A DNA stretch of 17,731 nt from a virus. Position numbers and translations under genes: made by a program. Of this stretch, positions 12,403 through 17,731 are shown piece after piece. Each line of letters starts with the position of its first letter. The stretch's first letter is position 1. Location of the stretch: positions 1-17,731 of the IMG/VR virus record IMGVR_UViG_3300045988_136749. The stretch is one strand, 5' to 3'. The notes below the pieces were generated by a model. It was not told the DNA's origin. It saw only the letters and a list, made by a program, of their open reading frames with translations, and did no database searches.

Positions 12403-14326
12403 TTCTTTTTGGTATTAATTTACATGGTACATTTAAGCCGATTTTAAAATCATCAAATGTTCTGATGATAGGCCTGTGCGTAACTTGGTTGAAAAGAAAT
12501 CTGTTAACTGGTGTATTTTCTTTGTATTCTTCATACACAGCTTTTCCAGACATTGACAATTCAAACAAGTCTTTGCATCGCTGTGGCATTCCTGCACACT
12601 TAATGTTGTTGTAGGGTTCTTCTATCTTCTGCAAATCTTCATGCGTAACGTGCTCAATGTATGTTTTCTGCCTTGCGAAAATAGCCCTATCCCAACAGGA
12701 TTCAAGTTTCCATGCACAGAAATCAGTTTCATGTACTTTAATTCCTGTAATATGTTCTGGTGGTAAGTCACAGTGAATACTGTCTGTATCTGCATAGATG
12801 AAACCATGTTCTTCAACACCATAATAGTTTGCTTGAGCAGCTCTAATTGTAAAGTTTCTGGCGTAACTAGTAATAGCTGAACCAACAGGGATATAACCTG
12901 CTTCTTTGTCTTTAGCTGTAATGTTGATAAATCCTATTGAATTATCATCCTTAACGTACGCTAGTTTAAATGAAGAATCAGTAGATGAAGCCATTTTGCC
13001 GTACAAGTTATTTAAAAACAACTTAGCAAGTGTACGTCTAGCACCTTTGCTAGTCATTTTTATTTTTGCGTATTTATCGATGTATTCATCGAATATACCA
13101 ATTTCTGAATAAAAGTAACACCCGTCAAGAATCTCAAAGTCAACAAGCTCATAATGTTCAAGAATAAGAAAGTAATCTGTCATAGTCAATGTTAGTTCTA
13201 CTCTTGTATCACAGGTATTTCCATCAATGTCTATGTACTTGTCATAATACTTGCCTGTAGCTTTGTCAAACACATCAGACGTTTTTAAAGACTCTGTGCC
13301 CTTGTATAACATATTTCCTTTTATCTGAATGAATGGCAACTTACCACTTTTCAAATAGAATTTTGTCCTTATTCTGATAAAGAAATACACATTGTTTTGC
13401 AATGCTCTGTCTGGAATATAGTTACCAGACCAGAACATCGGTTTTCCGACAGGATATCTATTGCCGGACATTGAGTGCATCATAGATGGGTACAAAGAAT
13501 TTACATCCGCTGTAGTTCCATTTGTGTATATCTTGTTTTCTTTTCCTTTAACAAGATAACACCATCCTCCTCTATATGATTTTCTAACATAAGCATCAAC
13601 ATTCGACTTTCCATATATCTCAGAATCCAGTTCTATTTGCGTGACGTCTGGAAATCTCCTTTTCCAATCATCTTCTCCGACTATTTGTTTATATTCAGCA
13701 AGACAACAACTGCCTATTGTGAGTCGGTTATGACCTTCTTGAAAAACAATTTCAAGCGCTTCTTTGACAACAAGAACATCATTAGCTATATATTTTTTTT
13801 CTTCTGGTTTAATTTCACACCCTGCATAACGAAAACCTGTATATTCCATGTCAAGCTTCTGATGCTTAGTTTTAAAGGCTTTTCCTATTTCTTTCACAGA
13901 GAACGGAAGTAGCTTCAATGAATCCCGAAATTCTATTACCTTATTATTAATCTTGACTTTGATACTATACCATTGCCCCATTTCAGAAATAGTATACTTG
14001 AACGTATTGTTATACATTTCTTTGTCATGTTTCCATTCACAAGAATTAACACCATCGCCAGTATATGCTTGTTTTAGATGTAATTTATTCAGAAAAAACG
14101 ATATCCAAAAATTGCCGTCAAATTTTAGGTTATGAAAATAAACTATCAGATTAGATTTTAAATCACTTAAATATTCCCATGTTTCATCTATTGAATGCAA
14201 TATAGAAACATCTTCCGTGAACATTTCTACAATGGCAGATGCCCAAACCTCCGTATTTTTCTGGCCTTCATAGACTGTCGTTTCAAAGTCCCCAACCAGA
14301 TACTTTACTTTTTTAGGCCTTGCCAT
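12356..14326 (-). CDS. Protein-primed family B DNA polymerase (phi29 p2-like)
   Basis: Exo I DFETT, Exo II FHNLKFDGNF, Exo III YIANDVLVV, motif A DVNSLYPSMM, motif B KLFLNNLYGKMAS, motif C YADTDSIH and the KxY-type RQKTYIE all closely parallel phi29 DNAP. The SD GGTGGTGA precedes ATG 14326 (MARPKK...), 4 nt after the terminal-protein stop. The tracked ORF extends to 14353. Confidence 0.95.
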   Translation of the reverse strand: MARPKKVKYLVGDFETTVYEGQKNTEVWASAIVEMFTEDVSILHSIDETWEYLSDLKSNLIVYFHNLKFDGNFWISFFLNKLHLKQAYTGDGVNSCEWKHDKEMYNNTFKYTISEMGQWYSIKVKINNKVIEFRDSLKLLPFSVKEIGKAFKTKHQKLDMEYTGFRYAGCEIKPEEKKYIANDVLVVKEALEIVFQEGHNRLTIGSCCLAEYKQIVGEDDWKRRFPDVTQIELDSEIYGKSNVDAYVRKSYRGGWCYLVKGKENKIYTNGTTADVNSLYPSMMHSMSGNRYPVGKPMFWSGNYIPDRALQNNVYFFIRIRTKFYLKSGKLPFIQIKGNMLYKGTESLKTSDVFDKATGKYYDKYIDIDGNTCDTRVELTLTMTDYFLILEHYELVDFEILDGCYFYSEIGIFDEYIDKYAKIKMTSKGARRTLAKLFLNNLYGKMASSTDSSFKLAYVKDDNSIGFINITAKDKEAGYIPVGSAITSYARNFTIRAAQANYYGVEEHGFIYADTDSIHCDLPPEHITGIKVHETDFCAWKLESCWDRAIFARQKTYIEHVTHEDLQKIEEPYNNIKCAGMPQRCKDLFELSMSGKAVYEEYKENTPVNRFLFNQVTHRPIIRTFDDFKIGLNVPCKLIPKRIDGGVLLVESTYQMR

Positions 14327-14330
14327 ACTA

Positions 14331-15038
14331 TCACCACCCGTTTTCTGATTCATTCATCATTTCAGCCTGCACCTTTTCTTCAAATGATAACGGCGCACCG
14401 TTGATTATTGAAAGTAGTTCGTCTGTTGCTTGGTTTATGACTGCAACTGATGAACCCCACAGAACAGCCGAAACAATAACGTCTATGTCATTCATAGTTC
14501 TGGACGCTTCAACTAACCTTCTTCCGACCTCTGTCATACCAATGTCATTAATCATATTCAGCAGGAAAGACTGCATACTTTTTGAATATGATAATGCTTC
14601 TTTTCTCCTGCTTCTGTTCAAATCAACAGATTTGCCTAATGAAGATGTGAAGTCTGTAGCCACTTTTTGATATTCTGCTTCTCTTCTTTTACGTTCCTGC
14701 TCAATTTCTTCGTCTGTAGCATCCTTATAGCCATAGAACAAATCTTCCTCTTCTGGCGTTAATGAGCCATATCTTGAAAGAAATTCGTCGTTGAAGTTAC
14801 TAAACGCTATATCCTCTTCGTGTGGAAGATTTGCTTCAGCTTTAAGAGTTTCAACGTCTATCTTTTTAAGCTTATTTACGTAAGCTCTTAATTCCTTACC
14901 TCTGAAACCTTTTGCTTTAATCTGGCGCAAAGTCGGTATGTTTGTTGGAACATATTGTACACCTTGCTTTTTAAGCTTGCGCTCTAAGCGCTTTATACGA
15001 TTTCGCTCACGTTCGTAAGCAGTTAGTTTTCTTGCCAT
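14331..15038 (-). CDS. Terminal protein (phi29 p3-like), by position and composition
   Basis: It lies immediately upstream of the protein-primed polymerase and is translationally close-coupled to it. It is 235 aa with a highly basic N-terminus (MARKLTAYERERNRIKRLERKLKKQ), reminiscent of the phi29 TP N-terminal DNA-binding region. The genome also has ITRs. Confidence 0.7.
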   Translation of the reverse strand: MARKLTAYERERNRIKRLERKLKKQGVQYVPTNIPTLRQIKAKGFRGKELRAYVNKLKKIDVETLKAEANLPHEEDIAFSNFNDEFLSRYGSLTPEEEDLFYGYKDATDEEIEQERKRREAEYQKVATDFTSSLGKSVDLNRSRRKEALSYSKSMQSFLLNMINDIGMTEVGRRLVEASRTMNDIDVIVSAVLWGSSVAVINQATDELLSIINGAPLSFEEKVQAEMMNESENGW

Positions 15039-15071
15039 GTTGCACCTCTACAACTTCCTAGATTACCAGAG

Positions 15072-15284
15072 TTAAAAACCACAATCATCTAAAAGGTAAA
15101 GAATATTACATTCGTAATATGGAATCCACTTAGACGATATTATACGTTCGTTGGATAAAATATAGTTTTCGTTAGTATCTGATAAATTCAAGTAAATCTT
15201 ATCGTCATAACCTGCTAGAAATAACTGTATTATATCACACACTTTTACATTGTGTTTTATATTAAGCAATTCATCAAAGTTCAT
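15072..15284 (-). CDS. Hypothetical early protein (70 aa) in the phi29 gene-4 position
   Basis: The SD GTGAGGTGA precedes the ATG. It lies between the SSB-like and TP genes. No similarity to p4 that I can assert. Confidence 0.55.
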   Translation of the reverse strand: MNFDELLNIKHNVKVCDIIQLFLAGYDDKIYLNLSDTNENYILSNERIISSKWIPYYECNILYLLDDCGF

Positions 15285-15302
15285 TTTTTCACCTCACTAT
15301 GC

Positions 15303-15347
15303 AAAAAAAAAGAAAATATCGACGCCCACTGTATGTCGTGAGCGCCA
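15303..15347 (-). terminator. Intra-operon rho-independent terminator or attenuator after the SSB-like gene
   Basis: Minus strand: GGCGCTCAC-GACATACA-GTGGGCGTC (9-bp stem including two G-U pairs), followed by GATATTTTCTTTTTTTTTGC. Confidence 0.55.
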
Positions 15348-15375
15348 ATGCACTTATTTAATTACCTGCTTTAAA

Positions 15376-15726
15376 TTATAAGCTGTCAACGTCAAGTACG
15401 CAATCAACGTACTTGCGTCCGGCCTTTGACTGACCAGAGATTTTCTTAACAGGGAATGGGAATCCCTGCATGACAGTTTCAATGTCTTTGATACTTCTCT
15501 TGAATGTTCTAGACTGAGTACTGTATACCATGTTATCAGTCGTGATGATGGACATAAGTTCGGACGTTGTGCCGTCCTCTTTTACGTCGACAAACTCAAG
15601 ATATCCTGCAACATTGAGAACGTCGCCGTCATCGAGTGTCTTGACAGTTTTAATTGTCGGAGCTTTTGTCAAAAGGTATTCTTCTACTTTTGTAAAGTTA
15701 CGTGTTTCGTTTTTAATTGTAATCAT
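15376..15726 (-). CDS. Single-stranded DNA-binding protein, phi29 p5-like
   Basis: The pattern LDDGDVLNVAGY...EDGTTSELMSIITTDNMVYSTQSRTF...FPVKKISGQSKAGRKYVDCVLDV parallels phi29 p5 LPDGTIIEANAI...EETVTTIFAADGSLYSAISKTV...FKVKVVQGTSSKGNVFFSLQL. The size and the position between p6-like and TP match. The SD AAAGGAA is best spaced for ATG 15726; ATG 15732 and 15771 are alternatives. Confidence 0.65.
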   Translation of the reverse strand: MITIKNETRNFTKVEEYLLTKAPTIKTVKTLDDGDVLNVAGYLEFVDVKEDGTTSELMSIITTDNMVYSTQSRTFKRSIKDIETVMQGFPFPVKKISGQSKAGRKYVDCVLDVDSL

Positions 15727-15798
15727 AGTCATTATTCCTTTCTTTTTTTGTGTGTTGTATCGCGTGAACATAAAACAAATTTCGATTAACTAGTTACA

Positions 15799-16080
15799 TT
15801 ATTCTGACTGAGCTTTAGCTCTAGCTGGAAGAATCTCAGCTAATTCTAAAAACTTTTCTTCTGTCATTCCGTACAACTCTTCCTGTACCGCTACTTCTGT
15901 TACTTTCAGAGGGCGTACCTCTGCATGTTCTTTTGTGATTGCTTTCAGTGCATCGTCTGCTGAAAGTTCGCCTGACAGCTTATATTCAACTGTCTTAATT
16001 TCATCACTTGCGATGTCATATACTGTCGCTTTCGCTTTTGTACTCGTGATGGTACGAGTAACCATTCTCTTTCTTGCCAT
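15799..16080 (-). CDS. Histone-like dsDNA-binding protein, phi29 p6-like
   Basis: 93 aa. MARKRMVTRTITSTKAKATVYD... and ...ELYGMTEEKFLELAEI parallel phi29 p6 ...REITKTTVNVAKMV... and ...EVYELPVEKFLEVATV. It is the first gene after a consensus promoter, has the SD AAGGAGG, and precedes the SSB as in phi29. Confidence 0.65.
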   Translation of the reverse strand: MARKRMVTRTITSTKAKATVYDIASDEIKTVEYKLSGELSADDALKAITKEHAEVRPLKVTEVAVQEELYGMTEEKFLELAEILPARAKAQSE

Positions 16081-16135
16081 TGTTTAGGCCTCCTTGTTTG
16101 TTTGCTTTTTTATTCGTTTAACGTCCGCCGACGAA

Positions 16136-16188
16136 TTGACAGGACGGGAGTCGAACCCGTCGGAAGTGTTCCGCAAACCTGTCTGTCA
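16136..16188 (-). ncRNA. tRNA-like minihelix 1 (acceptor-like stem, small hairpin and T-arm); not a complete tRNA
   Basis: Minus strand: TGACAGA-CAGGTTTG-[CGGAA-CAC-TTCCG]-[ACGGG-TTCGACT-CCCGT]-CCTGTCA-A. The T-arm has a 5-bp stem and the 7-nt loop TTCGACT (GGTTCGACTCC matches the tRNA T-loop consensus). The 6/7-bp acceptor-like stem closes directly on the T-stem and is followed by an unpaired A. It has no D-arm, no canonical anticodon arm and no encoded CCA. Confidence 0.55.
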
Positions 16189-16218
16189 ACCTTTCTATAT
16201 GTAAGAAAGGAGGAGAGA

Positions 16219-16243
16219 GTAAAGAGTTGTCGGTTCTCTTTAC
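16219..16243 (-). promoter_or_regulatory. 5'-terminal stem-loop of the p6-operon transcript
   Basis: Minus strand: GTAAAGAG-aaccgacaa-CTCTTTAC, a perfect 8-bp stem. It begins at the predicted transcription start, about 7 nt after the -10 box. Confidence 0.5.
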
Positions 16244-16250
16244 ATTATTA

Positions 16251-16279
16251 ATTATATCACTGTTGTACTGAAATGTCAA
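16251..16279 (-). promoter_or_regulatory. Early promoter, perfect consensus with extended -10
   Basis: Minus strand: TTGACA (16279-16274), an exact 17-nt spacer, TATAAT (16256-16251), preceded by TG (gTGaTATAAT). An A-rich UP-like tract (AAAATAAATAAAAAATTCTTGAAAAAA) lies upstream. Confidence 0.75.
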
Positions 16280-16364
16280 CAGTTTTTTCAAGAATTTTTT
16301 ATTTATTTTGCACTATGGTTAGATATGACTAACTTCGCACATATTACGCTATCGAACGAATGTT

Positions 16365-16574
16365 CTAATAAGTCTCATGCTCAAAACCAACGTCGCAGTC
16401 TGTAAAAGCATCGATAAATTGCCACTGCTTAGAAAATATTCTAATGTAAGGGAGTCCACCAATTTGACGAGCATCGTCTTGTAAATATATATTTAATTCA
16501 TCACACCCTACTATTTTAAGTGGGTGCGAAAATTTAATACACATTTCTCCACACTTTGCACCTTTAACATACAC
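16365..16574 (-). CDS. Hypothetical early protein (59-69 aa)
   Basis: Operon-oriented ORF. The GTG start at 16574 overlaps the upstream stop; ATG at codon 11 is an alternative start. No motif recognised. Confidence 0.5.
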   Translation of the reverse strand: MYVKGAKCGEMCIKFSHPLKIVGCDELNIYLQDDARQIGGLPYIRIFSKQWQFIDAFTDCDVGFEHETY

Positions 16575-16675
16575 TATTCATCATCATCCTTTCCGTATAG
16601 CAACTGGCCTATTAACTCAGCTACTATCAAAATTATTATTGCAAGGCCTGCTATTGACAGACCTGCAAAAATCAC
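16574..16675 (-). CDS. Small single-TM peptide with acidic tail (33 aa), not in the ORF track
   Basis: The GTG start overlaps the upstream stop (GTGA) and AAAGG lies 7 nt upstream. The sequence is MIFAGLSIAGLAIIILIVAELIGQLLYGKDDDE. Its stop TAG overlaps the next gene's GTG. It fills the 97-nt gap between the tracked ORFs. Confidence 0.45.
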   Translation of the reverse strand: MIFAGLSIAGLAIIILIVAELIGQLLYGKDDDE

Positions 16676-16899
16676 TTTCTAACCTTTCTGTAGGCTTTAA
16701 ACCAAATGTTTTCGACCATGTAATTCTTAAAATCAGCGAATGTCCCATTCCCACATTTGAATTCGTTCTTTATTCTTTCTTCATCATATTCTGAATAAAA
16801 GCCGTCCTCGTTAGCTTTTCTTATAGCTGTTTGAAAAGTACAGCCATATAAATTCATGCAGTTAAACAATATCTTTCTTGAATACTCCCGATATACCAC
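16672..16899 (-). CDS. Hypothetical early protein (75 aa)
   Basis: The GTG start lies 6 nt after the SD GAGGAGGAA. No motif recognised. Confidence 0.55.
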   Translation of the reverse strand: MVYREYSRKILFNCMNLYGCTFQTAIRKANEDGFYSEYDEERIKNEFKCGNGTFADFKNYMVENIWFKAYRKVRK

Positions 16900-16902
16900 A
16901 AA

Positions 16903-17085
16903 TTATTCCTCCTCATCATCTATATAGTCTGAACAGCATTTTTCACGTTCCTCGTAAAACTTTACAAGCTTTTTATATCGCAAGTCAAAGTTTGAACCTC
17001 GTGATGGATAACCCTCACGTTCACATTCGTACACAAGTTCTTTAACATCATCGACAAAAGTACTCCATAATTCATCTAGTGTCAT
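16903..17085 (-). CDS. Small acidic early protein (60 aa)
   Basis: The best start is ATG 17085 (MTLDELW...), 7 nt after the SD GGAGGGAGG; the tracked ORF extends to 17124. It has 18 Asp/Glu against 9 Lys/Arg and ends in DDEEE. Confidence 0.6.
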   Translation of the reverse strand: MTLDELWSTFVDDVKELVYECEREGYPSRGSNFDLRYKKLVKFYEEREKCCSDYIDDEEE

Positions 17086-17206
17086 AATTAAACCTCCCTC
17101 CATGTAAACGTTCAGTTTCATCAATTTCGATTGATTGGCTGAACCAAACTGATTTTGCTATTTTCCAAGCATATTTTCCTGTTTTTGTATTTCCTTTTTT
17201 TGTCAT
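17072..17206 (-). CDS. Small basic protein (44 aa), not in the ORF track
   Basis: ATG 17206 lies 8 nt after the SD AGGAGG (17220-17215). The sequence is MTKKGNTKTGKYAWKIAKSVWFSQSIEIDETERLHGGRFNYDTR. It overlaps the next gene's start by 14 nt. Confidence 0.45.
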   Translation of the reverse strand: MTKKGNTKTGKYAWKIAKSVWFSQSIEIDETERLHGGRFNYDTR

Positions 17207-17248
17207 AGTTCTTACCTCCTACTTCTTACATGGTCACTATTGACCGAG

Positions 17249-17288
17249 TGCCACCCGCAGGAGTCGAACCTGCGGTACACCTTGTGGC
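17249..17288 (-). ncRNA. tRNA-like minihelix 2 (acceptor-like stem plus T-arm only)
   Basis: Minus strand: GCCAC-AAGGTGTAC-[CGCAGG-TTCGACT-CCTGCG]-G-GTGGC-A. The 6-bp T-stem carries the same loop TTCGACT and the same 11-mer GGTTCGACTCC as element 1. The 5-bp closing stem is followed by an unpaired A. It starts at the last base of the stop codon of the first early gene. Confidence 0.55.
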
Positions 17289-17515
17289 TAGTTCTGTCTT
17301 TCTTTTTTGCGTCTCATTTTCCACATTCTGTCAGCAAAATCAATCGCGGACATTATTTGATCATGAATGCGAAAGCCCTCAACAATATCAAATTGATATA
17401 TGCCATTTTTGAAACCCTGCATTCGGGACATATAAATTTTTGCTTGTTCATAATCTTCATTCATAGAAGCGATTACATAATTAACACGTTCTTTTTCAAA
17501 ATATGTTTTTTTCAT
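17288..17515 (-). CDS. Hypothetical first early protein (75 aa)
   Basis: The SD AAAGGAGGAAAC precedes the ATG, and it is the first ORF downstream of the right-end promoter. No motif recognised. Confidence 0.6.
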   Translation of the reverse strand: MKKTYFEKERVNYVIASMNEDYEQAKIYMSRMQGFKNGIYQFDIVEGFRIHDQIMSAIDFADRMWKMRRKKERQN

Positions 17516-17550
17516 TTTTTGTTTCCTCCTTTATCTCTCTTTCTGTTTAT

Positions 17551-17579
17551 ATTATATCACATAGTACACAAAATGCAAG
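17551..17579 (-). promoter_or_regulatory. Right-end early promoter with extended -10
   Basis: Minus strand: TTGCAT (17578-17573), 16-nt spacer (or CTTGCA with 17), TATAAT (17556-17551), preceded by gTGa. It shares GTGATATAAT with the promoter at 16251-16279. Confidence 0.65.
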
Positions 17580-17700
17580 ACGTAATTTTGCATAAAAATA
17601 GTACGTGGTTTGCACAAATACTTGTAAAAAATGTCACATAATAATTCTTGTAATTTTGCTCAAAAAACATACCTAACTAGCGCTATCATTTTGGGGAAAA

Positions 17701-17731
17701 TGACAGTCAAAGTTGAAATGAAATACCACTC
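17701..17731. repeat. Right inverted terminal repeat (ITR)
   Basis: Reverse complement of nt 1-31 at 30/31 positions. The mismatch is at 17709 (A, pairing with T, versus C at left position 23). Confidence 0.9.

Noticed and set aside
12622-14670. ORFs 12622-12885 (-), 12906-13112, 13637-13912, 13953-14135, 14195-14404 and 14320-14670 (all +), overlapping the polymerase and TP genes
   Set aside because: They are off-frame or antisense within genes that carry unambiguous polymerase motifs or a clear TP position. They have no SD and low-complexity translations.
16136-16188. Calling the T-loop-containing elements (here and at 17249-17288) genuine tRNA genes
   Set aside because: Only 53 and 40 nt are available between the paired acceptor-like strands. 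There is no D-arm, no 7-nt anticodon loop on a 5-bp stem in a canonical position, and no CCA. I report them as tRNA-like minihelices, not tRNAs.
16204-16270. Strong plus-strand SD-like GAAAGGAGGAGAGAG suggesting a + strand small gene
   Set aside because: The nearest start codon (TTG 16227) is 12 nt from the GGAGG core, and its frame closes after 14 codons. The purine tract is better read as the complement of the anti-SD-like CCTCC tract in the minus-strand leader.
17230-17641. + strand ORFs 17230-17412 and 17240-17641 near the right end
   Set aside because: They are antisense to the first early gene, its promoter and the tRNA-like element. They have no SD and Phe/Leu-rich nonsense-like translations.
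1-17731. Lysogeny module, CRISPR array, defence island or mobile element
   Set aside because: I see no integrase, recombinase or transposase motifs, no repressor/Cro pair and no spaced direct-repeat array. The gene content and ITRs fit a strictly lytic phi29-like genome.

Overview
This window reads as a complete 17,731-bp linear genome of a phi29-like, protein-primed podophage from an AT-rich Gram-positive (Firmicute-type) host. The two ends form a 31-bp inverted terminal repeat (30/31 identical, perfect for the first 22 nt).

Layout:
- Left end: about 425 bp of repeat-rich non-coding DNA, then a leftward gp16-like packaging ATPase.
- Late operon (1559-10394, + strand), driven by a perfect TTGACA-17-TATAAT promoter: BhlA/UviB-like holin, two unknown proteins, a PG-binding protein, a CHAP plus lysozyme-like hydrolase, scaffold, major capsid protein with a C-terminal Ig-like domain, gp9-like tail knob, gp10-like connector, a protein in the lower-collar position, and an SGNH-esterase tail appendage.
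- A bidirectional terminator at about 10.42 kb.
- Early region (17515 down to 10445, - strand): it keeps the phi29 order p6-like dsDNA-binding protein, p5-like SSB, small ORF, terminal protein, family-B DNA polymerase. A YncF/YosS-type dUTPase and many small genes follow.

I found no integrase, repressor module, complete tRNA or CRISPR array.

The most unusual signals are two tRNA-like minihelices (acceptor-like stem plus a T-arm carrying the identical 11-mer GGTTCGACTCC, with no D or anticodon arm). Both lie on the transcribed strand in early intergenic positions.

Other points worth a second look:
- a highly structured leader with an anti-SD mimic upstream of the p6-like gene;
- a late gene whose strong SD sits in front of ACG rather than a canonical start codon;
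- five SD-preceded small ORFs (three hydrophobic, two basic) below the ORF-track size cutoff;
- a left-terminal region with tandem palindromes and a compound terminator, which may hold cis-acting or pRNA-like functions.

All homology statements rest on motifs I recognised by eye. No database search was run.
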